Assembly: GCA_002315855.1 (NCBI GenBank)
Contig: DCIG01000050.1
Span: 24,350-88,349 of the forward strand
Source of the DNA: Lentisphaeria bacterium UBA1732
GTDB lineage: Bacteria > Verrucomicrobiota > Lentisphaeria > Victivallales > UBA1829
Length of the DNA: 64,000 bases
Direction of reading: 5' to 3'
Shown here piece by piece: positions 33,479-43,266 of the stretch. The translations under genes and the position numbers were made by a program. A model generated the notes under the pieces. The model saw only the letters and a list, made by a program, of their open reading frames with translations, was not told the DNA's origin and made no database searches. Numbering within the stretch: position 1 is the first letter of the stretch; every line of letters starts with the position of its first letter.

Positions 33479-35257
33479 ATGGAAAACAAAACATGGAGAT
33501 GTTCATCTGACGGCAAAGACAACATTATAACTGAACTAAAGGACATTGGCGGTCTCCCTTTGGCGATTGCCATGTATCTTGCGTCCCGTGGAATTACTGT
33601 CAAAACGCAAAAACGTTATTTTGAGGGTGGTTTCGCGGACTTGAGCGACCCTTTCCGGTTCACTGGTATGGAAAACGCCGTCAAGCGTTTGTGGAAAGCG
33701 ATTCGTAACCGTGAGTATATCCTCATCCATGGGGATTACGATACGGACGGTATCACTGCAACTGCGCTTTTATCGTCGATCCTCGAACACAACGGGGGTC
33801 TTGTCTACACGTTTCTGCCTCACAGATTTGATGACGGATATGGCTTTACTCCGGAATCTCTTACGAAGGCTCTCGAAACGCTGCCTGCTTACACCCCAAG
33901 CGGCTTCACCCCCGAATCTCTGAACAAAGCTCTCGAAAACGTTCCCGACCGCAAATGCGGCGTCCTCGTTACGGTGGACTGCGGCATCAACAGCACGGAA
34001 GCGGTGCAGGAAGCTCGCAAAATGGGGATTGATGTGATCATTACCGATCACCATGAACCTGCGGACGCTCTTCCCGAGGCACTTGCCGTGCTGAATCCGA
34101 AAATCTATCCGGAGGACCTGGAAGATTTGGTGCATTTGTCCGGTGTCGGTGTCGCGTTCAAGCTCGCCCATGCGTTTATTCTCTACGGGCGTATGCTCAA
34201 CATCGGCGGTTTTGAAACGGACATTCAGGACGTGCTCGATTATGTGGCGCTGGGTACGGTGGCGGACATCGTGCCTCTGCTGGGGGAAAACCGCATCCTC
34301 GTCCGCTGCGGCATGGAAACGCTGAAAAGCCAAATCCGCCCCGGTGTCTGTGCGCTCATTGAACATGCTCATGTCGGACCGGTTTTGCAGCCCTCTGACA
34401 TTACGTTCAAGCTGGCTCCCCGCCTGAATGCCGCAGGACGGCTCGGCAACGCTTCCTCGGCGTTGGAACTGATGAAGGAAACCAGCATTGTGGATGCCCA
34501 GAAGCAGGCCGACCGGCTGGAAGACTTCAACAAGGAACGTCAGGAGAAAGAGCAGGAAATCTTCGCACAGGCAAAATGCGAGGTGGAGAGCGACCCCGAC
34601 TACAAAAACCGCATGTCCATTATTGCTGCCGGTGAAAACTGGCATCAGGGTGTGATCGGGATTGTGGCTTCACGCTTTGCCCGCGACTATAACCGTCCGG
34701 CTATCGTCCTTACGATTATCGGTGATGAAGCGCACGGTTCAGGGCGCAGCGTCGGTTCCCTCAACCTCATCCGGATTCTCAGCAAATGTTCGCATCTGCT
34801 GACCCGTTACGGCGGGCATCCGATGGCGGTCGGGCTGGGGCTTCCCAAGGATAAAATTCAGGATTTCAAGGACGAATTTGAGCGTTGTGTCCGCGAAGAG
34901 GCCACTCCTGCGGATTTGATCAGCCACATCAATTACGACGGCTCGATTCTTTTCCACAATCTGAACGATCAGTTCTTTGCGCAGTACAGCAAACTCGGTC
35001 CGTTTGGACACAGCAATCCCGCCCCGCTTTTCCTGATTCAGGGCGTGGATATTTTCCGCCTCTATCCCATTAAGCCGGTTCATACGAAAGGTGTTTTCAT
35101 GGATGCCCACGGCGATACGTTTGACTTTATCGCGTTCAACCGTAAAATGTCGCAGGATTTCCGCTGGGATGTGCTTGTGGAACCTCAAATCAATGAATTT
35201 AACGGCAAACGCCAGCTGTTTGTGAAAGACTGCAAGCCGGTCGAACGCATCCGCTGA
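33479..35257 (+). CDS. recJ: Single-stranded-DNA-specific exonuclease RecJ
   Basis: 592 aa with DHH-family motifs IHGDYDTDGITA, VDCG, ITDHH and GGHPMAVG. Contains an internal 20-aa tandem duplication (see findings). Confidence 0.92.
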   Translation: MENKTWRCSSDGKDNIITELKDIGGLPLAIAMYLASRGITVKTQKRYFEGGFADLSDPFRFTGMENAVKRLWKAIRNREYILIHGDYDTDGITATALLSSILEHNGGLVYTFLPHRFDDGYGFTPESLTKALETLPAYTPSGFTPESLNKALENVPDRKCGVLVTVDCGINSTEAVQEARKMGIDVIITDHHEPADALPEALAVLNPKIYPEDLEDLVHLSGVGVAFKLAHAFILYGRMLNIGGFETDIQDVLDYVALGTVADIVPLLGENRILVRCGMETLKSQIRPGVCALIEHAHVGPVLQPSDITFKLAPRLNAAGRLGNASSALELMKETSIVDAQKQADRLEDFNKERQEKEQEIFAQAKCEVESDPDYKNRMSIIAAGENWHQGVIGIVASRFARDYNRPAIVLTIIGDEAHGSGRSVGSLNLIRILSKCSHLLTRYGGHPMAVGLGLPKDKIQDFKDEFERCVREEATPADLISHINYDGSILFHNLNDQFFAQYSKLGPFGHSNPAPLFLIQGVDIFRLYPIKPVHTKGVFMDAHGDTFDFIAFNRKMSQDFRWDVLVEPQINEFNGKRQLFVKDCKPVERIR

Positions 35258-35282
35258 TTTCAACTCATTTGCCGATTATGAT

Positions 35283-35334
35283 ACGGGCGTGTTTTTGCGG
35301 ACTTTTCTCCGCAAGACGCGTCCGTTGTTTTTTT
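35283..35334 (+). terminator. Terminator-like structure after recJ
   Basis: Inner hairpin gcgga-cttttc-tccgc (35297-35312) inside an imperfect outer stem, followed by a T-run at 35328-35334. Confidence 0.5.
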
Positions 35335-35474
35335 ACCATCATTAATGCGGGCTGATCGTCAAATTCATCCCTGTCCGCAGATTGATTTCATTGCCGGAAA
35401 TCCTCCTCTTTGCGAACTGCCTCACCTCATTTCCGAAAAATATGAAAAAGATGTTCTTTTTTTCAAAAAGCCTC

Positions 35475-35503
35475 TTGAATTGCATGGAGTGCTATGATAT
35501 ATT
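35475..35503 (+). promoter_or_regulatory. Promoter for the sodium:solute symporter gene
   Basis: -35 TTGAAT 35475-35480, 17 nt, -10 TATATT 35498-35503. Confidence 0.6.
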
Positions 35504-35571
35504 AGCGTAACAATAATTTTATAACCATAATTTTACAACCCCAAAACAAAACAACTTACGGAGTAACAAAC

Positions 35572-37380
35572 ATGACGATTGCATCGTTCATTCTGTTCAT
35601 CGTTCTCGCCGGTGTGGCTACATGGTTCATCGTGCGAAAACAAGAAGTCAGCTCTCAGGACGGATTCTTCCTGGCCGGACGCAGCTTGACGTATCCTCTT
35701 ATTGCGGCTTCTCTGCTGCTGACCAACCTTTCCACCGAGCAGATGGTCGGACTGAACGGTTCTGCGTTCCGTCAGGGCATGTGCGTGATGGCATGGGAAG
35801 TCGTTGCTGTGGTATCTTTGGTTGCCATGGCATGGTTCTTCCTGCCGAAATTCCTCAAGAGCGGTGTTACCACTGTTCCGGAATACTTGGAACTTCGCTT
35901 CGGCAAATCCACCGGTCAGCTCGCCAATGGTTTGTTCCTGATTTTCTACGTCGTGCTGCTGCTCCCGCTGATTCTTTACACCGGTGCCACCGCGCTTGCC
36001 CAGATTCTTGACTTCAAGGCTCTGTTCGGCATGGAAAACCGTATGGCCATTCTGTGCCTTGCCATTGTCATGATCGGCATTCTCGGCTGCCTGTACTCTC
36101 TCTCCGGCGGTCTCCGTACCTGTGCCGTGCTGGATACCATCAACGGTATCGGCCTGCTCATCGGCGGTTTCATGATTGTGTTCTTCGCGCTTGCCAAGGT
36201 TGGTGCCGTTTCCGGCGCAGAGGGCCTTGTCGGTCAGCTGAAAGAACTTGCCAATGCCGACCAGACCATGTTCAACACCATCGGCCGCCCGAAATCGGAA
36301 GTCCCGTTCGGAACTCTGTTCACCGGCGTGCTGATTATCAATATGTTCTATTGGTGCACCAACCAGCAGATTATCCAGCGCACCCTCGGTGCCAGCAGTC
36401 TGGCGGAAGGTCAGAAGGGTGTTCTGCTTTGCGGTCTCCTCAAGCTCCTTGGCCCGCTGTACCTCGTTCTCCCCGGCATGATTGCCTTCTATTTCGCATG
36501 GAAAGGCCTGCTCCCGGTCAGCATGGATAACTCCGCAGAAGCCTATGGTCAGCTTGTTACCTTTGTGCTTCCGAAGTACCTCCAGGGCTTCTTTGCCGCT
36601 GTCCTGATCGGTGCTGTGCTGTCCAGCTTCAACGGCGCTCTGAACTCCAGCTGCACTCTGTTCAGCGTAGGCTTCTACAAAGGCGCAATCAATACCAAAG
36701 CCACCGACAAGGAAACTGTCCGTGCCGGTCGTATCTTCGGTCTTGTGATTGCGATTATCGCTATGGCCGGTGCTCCGCTGCTGGACAAGGCTCCGAGTAT
36801 CTTCGACTACCTGCAGAAGACGAACGGCGTGTACAATATTCCGCTGTTCGCAATCGTTCTTGTCGGTATGCTGACCAAGTTTGTGCCGCACAAGGCCGCC
36901 AACTGGGCTCTGGGCATTGGCGTGGTTGTGATTGCATTCCTGACGTTCGCAAGCTCCGAAATCGTCAACAAAATCACCGGCGGTATGAATATCTACCATG
37001 TTGATACTGTCGTCTTCTTCATCCTCTGCGCCATCATGGTCGTCTGGGCAAAGGCGAAACCGCGTAAGGAAGCATTCGTTCAGGTTGACGTGAAGGCTGT
37101 CGATATGACCAACTGGAAGTACAACTGGCTCGCCGGCGGCGCACTGCTCGTCCTCGTGGCTCTCATCTACGCTTCGTTCGCCAATTTCAGCGCACTGAGC
37201 GATGACAAGGAACCTGTCCAGTATCGTGCCGACCTGCTGAAGCAGGGCATCGTCCTGAACGCTCCCGGCAATGCCGCCAAGGCTGCCGGTACTGCTGTTA
37301 CCAATGCAGCACAGGCTGTCGGTGAAGCTGCCGGCAACGCGATGAATGCGCTCAGCAATGCCGTCAACGGCGGCAAGTAA
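35572..37380 (+). CDS. Sodium:solute symporter (SSS/SGLT) family transporter
   Basis: 602 aa, about 13-14 TM segments. The N-terminal FFLAGRSLTYPLIAASLLLTNLSTEQMVGLNG is typical of SSS proteins. It has an unusual Ala/Asn/Gly-rich C-terminal tail. Confidence 0.85.
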   Translation: MTIASFILFIVLAGVATWFIVRKQEVSSQDGFFLAGRSLTYPLIAASLLLTNLSTEQMVGLNGSAFRQGMCVMAWEVVAVVSLVAMAWFFLPKFLKSGVTTVPEYLELRFGKSTGQLANGLFLIFYVVLLLPLILYTGATALAQILDFKALFGMENRMAILCLAIVMIGILGCLYSLSGGLRTCAVLDTINGIGLLIGGFMIVFFALAKVGAVSGAEGLVGQLKELANADQTMFNTIGRPKSEVPFGTLFTGVLIINMFYWCTNQQIIQRTLGASSLAEGQKGVLLCGLLKLLGPLYLVLPGMIAFYFAWKGLLPVSMDNSAEAYGQLVTFVLPKYLQGFFAAVLIGAVLSSFNGALNSSCTLFSVGFYKGAINTKATDKETVRAGRIFGLVIAIIAMAGAPLLDKAPSIFDYLQKTNGVYNIPLFAIVLVGMLTKFVPHKAANWALGIGVVVIAFLTFASSEIVNKITGGMNIYHVDTVVFFILCAIMVVWAKAKPRKEAFVQVDVKAVDMTNWKYNWLAGGALLVLVALIYASFANFSALSDDKEPVQYRADLLKQGIVLNAPGNAAKAAGTAVTNAAQAVGEAAGNAMNALSNAVNGGK

Positions 37381-37435
37381 GCATCTTTTGTAGAAACAGC
37401 GTTTCCTGAAACGCTGTTTCAGCAATCAGAATTTT

Positions 37436-37474
37436 GCACCTCATAAGCCGGAAACGGCGGATGAGGTGCTTTTG
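37436..37474 (+). terminator. Intrinsic terminator of the symporter gene (preceded by a second perfect 10-bp hairpin at 37393-37420)
   Basis: Stem gcacctcat (37436-37444) pairs with atgaggtgc (37461-37469), followed by TTTT. Confidence 0.65.
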
Positions 37475-37494
37475 CTTGCTCCAAAGGAAAAATG

Positions 37495-37530
37495 AAAAAA
37501 GCCTCAACGGCGGAATATGCTCATTGAGGC
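37495..37530 (-). terminator. Intrinsic terminator of the CYTH gene
   Basis: Minus strand: gcctcaa-N16-ttgaggc followed by TTTTTT. Confidence 0.7.
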
Positions 37531-37564
37531 GCGATTGGCGTAATGCGTTTTGTGGAGAAAAGGA

Positions 37565-38050
37565 TTATTTCTTTTCGTCGTCGGTCCATTTGCTGTACGG
37601 ATACCGGAGTAAATGTGAATTGCGGAAGCGCACTTCCTGCGAAACCTCCCGTCCAATCCATTCGGGAACGGGAAATTCTTCATCGGGGGTATGCAGTTCG
37701 ATTTCTGCAACGACAAGCCCCTCATTTTCCCCATGAAATTCATCGATTTCCCATAGGAAACCGCCGAAGGGAACATGCCAGCGGCGTTTTTCCACCAGCT
37801 GTCTTCCGCAGAACATGCCGAGCATTTTTTCGGCGTCCGCCAGTGGAATCGGATATTCAAATTCAGGACGTGAAATCCCGAAAACAGGTCCTTTGACCGT
37901 CAGCCTTGCGAAATCATCTGCAATTCTGACGCGCACGGTTACACCGTTGCTGGTCGGGAAATAGCCTTGACGGAGCGAACGCGAGCTTGTTGCCAACGCT
38001 TTCCAGGAATCATTTTGAACGAGGTATTTTCGCTCGATTTCCACTGGCAT
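37565..38050 (-). CDS. CYTH-domain protein (triphosphate tunnel metalloenzyme)
   Basis: MPVEIERKYLV (ExExK motif) and WEIDEFHGENEGLVVAEIEL. ATG 38050 is preferred over the track start 38122, which would run to within 9 nt of repeat copy 10. Confidence 0.75.
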   Translation of the reverse strand: MPVEIERKYLVQNDSWKALATSSRSLRQGYFPTSNGVTVRVRIADDFARLTVKGPVFGISRPEFEYPIPLADAEKMLGMFCGRQLVEKRRWHVPFGGFLWEIDEFHGENEGLVVAEIELHTPDEEFPVPEWIGREVSQEVRFRNSHLLRYPYSKWTDDEKK

Positions 38051-38130
38051 GATAAAACCTTCTTTCCTGCTGAAAATGTCAGAGTTGATTTGCAGCGCGG
38101 TTGCCGGAATAAATGGAATCAACCCTGAGA

Positions 38131-38164
38131 AGCTGATTTCTTAAGTGCACTTTTGAAATCAGTT
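38131..38164. repeat. Palindromic intergenic repeat, copy 10 (divergent core)
   Basis: agctgatttc-ttaagtgcac-ttttgaaatcagtt. Followed by catgaa. Confidence 0.7.
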
Positions 38165-38178
38165 CATGAAATGATAAG

Positions 38179-38577
38179 TTACGAATCCTTTTTCCCTTTT
38201 GCCTGAAATGCGGCGCAATCTGCCATCGGCTGCACTTCTTCCCCGCTTTTGGTGCAGATAATTGCAAATGGATTGGCTATCGCAAAAACGCAGTCTCTGC
38301 AAAAATGTTTTTCCGCTTCCTCGAAGACCGGACGCTTCTCCACCAGATTTTCATCTTCCCCGAAAAAGGCGAGAAGCGAACTTTTCGCAGAAGTGCCGTC
38401 TGCCGTTTTCCCCTCACGGGCGGATGTCGTTCCGTTTTCCCCGTTCGGCACTGCGGCTCCGCAGAAGGAACACACTGCTTCTTCCCCGGTTACTGTCCAG
38501 CCGTCCATGATTTTTTTCTTCTTCACGAATGCTGCTTCGCCGCATGACGGACAGTGAAAACGTTCTCCCTCATTCAT
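38179..38577 (-). CDS. Hypothetical Cys-rich (zinc-ribbon-like) protein
   Basis: 132 aa with CPSCG...CSFCG and CRDC...C pairs. Its start overlaps the stop of the upstream AI-2E gene by 8 nt. Confidence 0.45.
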   Translation of the reverse strand: MNEGERFHCPSCGEAAFVKKKKIMDGWTVTGEEAVCSFCGAAVPNGENGTTSAREGKTADGTSAKSSLLAFFGEDENLVEKRPVFEEAEKHFCRDCVFAIANPFAIICTKSGEEVQPMADCAAFQAKGKKDS

Positions 38578-40057
38578 TGGTTTGCATTTCCATTTTGCGG
38601 CGCACTTTGTGCTGATTCTGAAGAGACGAATAGAACAATGGAATCAGGAGTTTGATCAGGGCGGCAACCGGCACGGAAATAATCATGCCGATGATATTTC
38701 CGCAGACTGCGCCGAGCAGAACGACGATGATGGTTTCCACCAGGGTCAGACCAATCGCCTCACCCACCATAATCGGGTACAGGAGCAATTGTTCCAGAAT
38801 CCCCCAGATCAGGATATAGCCGATGATGATGCCGAGTACCGGCAGCATGACGCCTCCCTCTGCAAATGCGATTGCAACCACCATAGACACCGCCAAAGAC
38901 ACAATGGGACCAATGATGGGCAGAAGGGTCGTACATCCCCCTAAAAACGCTAAAACGGGCCAGAAAGGCACATGGAACGGGATGAACACCAGTGAGAACA
39001 GAATTGTCTTGATGAAAATAATCCAGAAATACCCCAGCAGCCACGCATTGAACATTTCGTAAATGCGGTTGAAAATCTGGGAGGCAGATTTCCTGACTTG
39101 TTCCGATACATCCGGCAGCCAGCCGGAATCGTAAATACTTTTTACCATCCAGTCGCCGATGGTCCCGTCAACGGTCGGATGACTGGCCACGAAAGATGCC
39201 ATTTTGAACAGGAAAAAGTAATAAAAAAATGCAAACATGAGCAAATCGAAGGTAAATCCGCCCAGCCATGACAGAATCCCGAACAGGTCGCGCATCAGAT
39301 AATTGCCTGCCGACAGTGTGAATTTCGCGATGTTGATATGATTCTCTGCCAGTGTATCCGCCAGCATGATACGCAGTTTTTCCCGTTGTTCCTGCTTGAT
39401 GTCAGAGGAATTTTTATCTGCGTTTTGAGGCGTTTCCGCTGTTGTGCCCGCATTGGCGTTTCCCTGATTTTGAGCTTGAGTGTCATCATCCGGGAAAATA
39501 TATTCATCCATGATGCGGAACAGTGCCGCTTCGCTTTTTTCCAGAACCCGGCTTTTTTCCAGCCATTTCACGGAGCCGTCGGTCATTTCCGAAATGGACG
39601 GCGCGATGGACCACAGTCCCCAGACGGAGACCGTAACAATTAAAAACGGGAAAAAAACAGCCAGCATGGAGGCGCGCATTACCAAAGATGTGCGCCGTGC
39701 ATTCATGATTTCCTGTTCTGTCTTGTCGCAGGATTTGTGCCCGGCTTTGCGCATGACGGATTTGCGAATCCGCTGGAAAGGTTCTGACAGTGACAGGAAA
39801 AATCCGTGAATGGCATGAACGATTTTGGTATTCAGCACTTTATGTTCCAGAAAACGTTCCAGCGGCAGCGAAAGCACAGCCGCCAGAAAACCGAAAAAGA
39901 GCGATTTCAGAAACAGTGCTGATAAAATCAGGAGCAGTAAAATGACAAGAACCGGATAAAATCCGCGCGGCATGACTTTCAGAGCGGGCATTTGCTCGCC
40001 CCGTGCGAAAAACATCTTGATGGTGTTTCGTTTGTCTTGCGGATGATCCGGTTCCAT
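38570..40057 (-). CDS. AI-2E family transporter (PerM/UPF0118-type permease)
   Basis: 495 aa, multi-TM. The C-terminal LLPIIGPIVSLAVSMVVAIAF...LEQLLLYPIMVGEAIGLTLVETIIVVLLG is typical of this family. The exact start is uncertain. Confidence 0.78.
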   Translation of the reverse strand: MEPDHPQDKRNTIKMFFARGEQMPALKVMPRGFYPVLVILLLLILSALFLKSLFFGFLAAVLSLPLERFLEHKVLNTKIVHAIHGFFLSLSEPFQRIRKSVMRKAGHKSCDKTEQEIMNARRTSLVMRASMLAVFFPFLIVTVSVWGLWSIAPSISEMTDGSVKWLEKSRVLEKSEAALFRIMDEYIFPDDDTQAQNQGNANAGTTAETPQNADKNSSDIKQEQREKLRIMLADTLAENHINIAKFTLSAGNYLMRDLFGILSWLGGFTFDLLMFAFFYYFFLFKMASFVASHPTVDGTIGDWMVKSIYDSGWLPDVSEQVRKSASQIFNRIYEMFNAWLLGYFWIIFIKTILFSLVFIPFHVPFWPVLAFLGGCTTLLPIIGPIVSLAVSMVVAIAFAEGGVMLPVLGIIIGYILIWGILEQLLLYPIMVGEAIGLTLVETIIVVLLGAVCGNIIGMIISVPVAALIKLLIPLFYSSLQNQHKVRRKMEMQTNE

Positions 40058-40086
40058 GTGCTGAATCTCCTTGAGGCAGTTCAGGG

Positions 40087-41133
40087 TCAGTCAACCACCT
40101 TGGAGACGCCGGTCCCTTCTGTAAGTTCGCCGCAGACAAAGGCGTTGATACCTGCAGAGGATGCCGCGGAAATCGCTTTGTCCGCGTCTTCCGGCTTGAC
40201 AAACCAGACCATGCCCACGCCCATGTTGAAGACGCGGAAGGCTTCACTGTCCGGCAACATTCCGATTTCGACCAGAAGTTTGAAAATCGGAGGTGCATTC
40301 TTGATGGTGTGCTTATGGAATACCGCATCCACGTTTTTCGGGAGAATGCGCGGTACGTTGTCGAAGAGACCGCCGCCCGTGATGTGCGCAATCCCGTCAA
40401 TGGCAATGCCGGCTGCCTTTGCGGCTTTGATTGCAGCGGAATAGCAGGTGTGAGGCTTCAGCAGTGCTTCGCCGACGGATTCGCCGTTGAGACAGTCCGG
40501 CTTGGATTCCACCGTATAGCCTGCCTTGTCGAAGAGCAGTCTGCGGGCGAGACTGAAACCGTTGGTATGCAGACCGTTGGAAGCGAGTCCGATTGCCACG
40601 TAGCCCGGCGTGAGTTTTTCGCCGGTGATCAGTTCGTCTTTTTCCACGATGCCGGTAATGACGCCGACCAGGTCGAAATCATTGCCGTACATGCCGGGCA
40701 TTTCGGCTGTTTCGCCGCCGAGTACCGCGCAGCCTGCGGCCTTGCAGGCATCGGCGATGCCGCCCAGCACATTTTCGTACAGCGGACTGCGGAGCTTGCC
40801 GATTCCGATGTAGTCGAGGAAGTAAATCGGTTCTGCTCCCTGCACTGCAATATCGTTGATGCAGTGGTTCACGATGTCGTGGCCTACGGTGTCGTATTTG
40901 CCCATCATCATGGCGACCATGAGCTTGGTGCCTACTCCGTCAATACTGGAAACAAGCACCGGATTTTTGTATTTGGACAAATCAAGACCGAAAAGTCCGC
41001 CGAAACCCCCGATCGGGGCGAGCATTTCCGGTCTGCGGGCAGCGGCAAGACGCGGTTTCACGCGAGTGAGAAGTTCCGTTGCCAGATCAATATCGACTCC
41101 GGCATCTTTGTAGGAGAATGTTTTCTGATCCAT
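40087..41133 (-). CDS. purM: Phosphoribosylformylglycinamidine cyclo-ligase (AIR synthetase)
   Basis: 348 aa with YKDAGVDID, SIDGVGTKL, HDIVNHCINDI and GGETAEMPG motifs. Confidence 0.93.
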   Translation of the reverse strand: MDQKTFSYKDAGVDIDLATELLTRVKPRLAAARRPEMLAPIGGFGGLFGLDLSKYKNPVLVSSIDGVGTKLMVAMMMGKYDTVGHDIVNHCINDIAVQGAEPIYFLDYIGIGKLRSPLYENVLGGIADACKAAGCAVLGGETAEMPGMYGNDFDLVGVITGIVEKDELITGEKLTPGYVAIGLASNGLHTNGFSLARRLLFDKAGYTVESKPDCLNGESVGEALLKPHTCYSAAIKAAKAAGIAIDGIAHITGGGLFDNVPRILPKNVDAVFHKHTIKNAPPIFKLLVEIGMLPDSEAFRVFNMGVGMVWFVKPEDADKAISAASSAGINAFVCGELTEGTGVSKVVD

Positions 41134-41157
41134 AGCTTATTCCCTGTTGATGATATT

Positions 41158-41958
41158 TTATAATTTGATGTTGGCAAATGCGGATGCGAGGCTTCCCGGT
41201 GCCTCGTTGGACGGCGGCAGCGGATAGTCCTCCAGAATTCGCTTCTGGGCGGCAAAAATCGGAGCCAGACCGATTTTCGCGTATTCGAGAAGCTGGTCAA
41301 GCTGGGCGCGGTCGAATGGTTCTTCTTCCGCAGTCCCCTGGATTTCCACGAATTTCCCGGATTCCGTCATGATGACATTCATGTCCACGTCGGCGGCGGA
41401 ATCTTCTTCATAGCACAAATCCAGCAGAATTTTCCCGTTGCGGATGCCCACGCTGATGGCTCCTACGTTTTCCCGCATGGGGAAACGCGGAATTTTCTTC
41501 ATTTTGAGAAGTTTGCGGAATGCGATTTGCAGAACGACGCTTGTTCCGCAGATGGAGGCGCAGCGGGTCCCTCCGTCTGCATCAATGACATCGCAGTCGA
41601 TGTACAGCGTATTCTGCCCCAGTGCTTCCATATCGATGACGGAGCGGAACGAACGCCCGATCAGACGCTGGATTTCCATCGTCCGCCCGGACTGTTTGCC
41701 GCGGGAGGCTTCACGGGCAACTCGTGTATTCCCTGCTCCGGGAATCATGCCGTATTCGCAGGTTACCCACCCGCCGGAAACTCCCTGCTGCCGCATCCAC
41801 GAGGGTACTCCCTGTTCAAAAGAAGCGGAGCAGACTACTTTGGTTCCTCCGCATTCCACCAGCGCGGATGCGATCGGGTGGGCGAGAAAACCGGGGGTTA
41901 TCTTGAATTTTCGTGGCTGATCCGGAAGACGTCCGTCAATACGGGGGGAATTGCTCAT
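41158..41958 (-). CDS. rph: Ribonuclease PH
   Basis: From ATG 41958: MSNSPRIDGRLPDQPRKFKITPGFLAHPIASALVECGGTKVVCSASF... The C-terminus is about 25 aa longer than I recall for E. coli Rph. The track start at 42150 would read through the SRP RNA. Confidence 0.9.
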   Translation of the reverse strand: MSNSPRIDGRLPDQPRKFKITPGFLAHPIASALVECGGTKVVCSASFEQGVPSWMRQQGVSGGWVTCEYGMIPGAGNTRVAREASRGKQSGRTMEIQRLIGRSFRSVIDMEALGQNTLYIDCDVIDADGGTRCASICGTSVVLQIAFRKLLKMKKIPRFPMRENVGAISVGIRNGKILLDLCYEEDSAADVDMNVIMTESGKFVEIQGTAEEEPFDRAQLDQLLEYAKIGLAPIFAAQKRILEDYPLPPSNEAPGSLASAFANIKL

Positions 41959-42034
41959 GATAACCGTAACCTTTAACCTTTTTCGTAACGAGAACAGTCC
42001 AAAATGTTTGAATTTGCCTCGAAGATAAAGAAAA

Positions 42035-42139
42035 CCGCCGTATACCGAACCATGCACAAGGTTTGAACGCTTATAGCTGCTTTGTTCCCAACCTGACTCG
42101 TTCACGCCAACGCCATTGCACGGAAGCGGCATACGACGG
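42035..42139 (-). ncRNA. ffs: Small (4.5S-type) signal recognition particle RNA
   Basis: The minus-strand RNA CCGUCGUAUGCCG...GAGUCAGGUUGGGAACAAAGCAGCUAUAAGCG...CGGUAUACGGCGG forms one long hairpin. The apical region matches E. coli 4.5S domain IV (GUCAGGU, GGAA tetraloop, AAGCAGC) with compensatory changes in the closing helix (UUG/CAA versus UCC/GGA). The terminal 13-bp helix defines the approximate ends. Confidence 0.8.
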
Positions 42140-42200
42140 AAAATTAACAATACCGATGTTTCTTTGGAGTTTTTTCAGTCCTCTGAATCAACTCTGTATA

Positions 42201-43115
42201 TTATACTTTACATCCGAATTTAAAATATTCAAGGCAAAGTGATAGTTCTCCTCGTAAATTTTTTCGTTCTACGATGCGGTCTATCAATCCTTTCTGCAAA
42301 AGGAACTCTGCCGTTTGGAATCCCGGAGGAAGCTGTGCCTGAGTTGTGGCCTCGATGACGCGCCGTCCGGCAAAACCGATCAAGGCTTCCGGTTCTGCAA
42401 AAATGAGGTCGCCCAGCGATGCGAAACTTGCCATTACGCCTGCTGTCGTCGGATGGGTCAGGATTGCGATATAGGGCAGGCCTGCATCGGCATGTCGTTT
42501 GAGCGCACCGCTGGTTTTGGCCATTTGCATGAGGCTGATCATGCCTTCGTACATGCGCGCTCCCCCGCTTGCGGTAACGATGACCACGGGAATTTTCAGC
42601 TCTGTGGCTTTTTCGATGGCGCGTGTGATTTTTTCGCCTACCACGGCTCCCATGCTGGCTCCGAGAAAACGGAAATCCATCACGGCAAGCACGAATGCCC
42701 GTCCGTCCAGTGTTGCCGTCCCCGAAATCACGGCGTCGCGCAATCCCGTTTTTTGCCGGTTTTCCTGCAATTTCCGGCTGTATGGCACTTCGCTGACAAA
42801 TCCCAGCGTATCAACGGATTCCAAATGCGGATCAAGCTCAACAAACGACCCCAGATCCACCAGCAGATCAATCCGTTCCAGGGCCGTCATCGGGTAATGG
42901 TAGCCGCATTGAGGACATACTTCCAAATTCTCTTCACGGCGGCTCGTGAAAATGATTTCTCCGCATTTCTTGCACTTTTCCCACAGCCCTTCGGGAATAT
43001 CCTTGCGTTTCGCCACGTCAATCTGCTTCTGATTCGAGAACGGACTTCCCGCAAAGGAACTCCTCTGCGGCGGTACTGCGGATAGTACAGGTGCTTTTTT
43101 TCTGAATGTTGCCAT
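42201..43115 (-). CDS. accD: Acetyl-CoA carboxylase carboxyltransferase beta subunit
   Basis: 304 aa. N-terminal zinc ribbon CKKCGEIIF...CPQCGYH followed by the carboxyltransferase domain (GGARMYEG). Confidence 0.92.
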   Translation of the reverse strand: MATFRKKAPVLSAVPPQRSSFAGSPFSNQKQIDVAKRKDIPEGLWEKCKKCGEIIFTSRREENLEVCPQCGYHYPMTALERIDLLVDLGSFVELDPHLESVDTLGFVSEVPYSRKLQENRQKTGLRDAVISGTATLDGRAFVLAVMDFRFLGASMGAVVGEKITRAIEKATELKIPVVIVTASGGARMYEGMISLMQMAKTSGALKRHADAGLPYIAILTHPTTAGVMASFASLGDLIFAEPEALIGFAGRRVIEATTQAQLPPGFQTAEFLLQKGLIDRIVERKNLRGELSLCLEYFKFGCKV

Positions 43116-43266
43116 ATTGATTGTTTCCTCGATTTGAGTGATGATGCCGGGACATCTCTTCTGGCTTCCGCGTCGGAATGCGTGTACGGAAAACGCATCT
43201 GCGGAGAATCATCCCGTCAACAGCCGGCTTTTCGGTTTTTTGCCAAAACGGAAGCTCCTGAACTGG

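Noticed and set aside
35341-35403. gctgatcgtcaaattc...gattgatttcattgccggaaatcc as a degenerate repeat copy
   Set aside because: It has too many mismatches in both arms to distinguish from chance.
35533-37425. 630-aa minus-strand ORF
   Set aside because: In-register antisense shadow of the sodium:solute symporter gene. The symporter frame has clear TM periodicity and family motifs.
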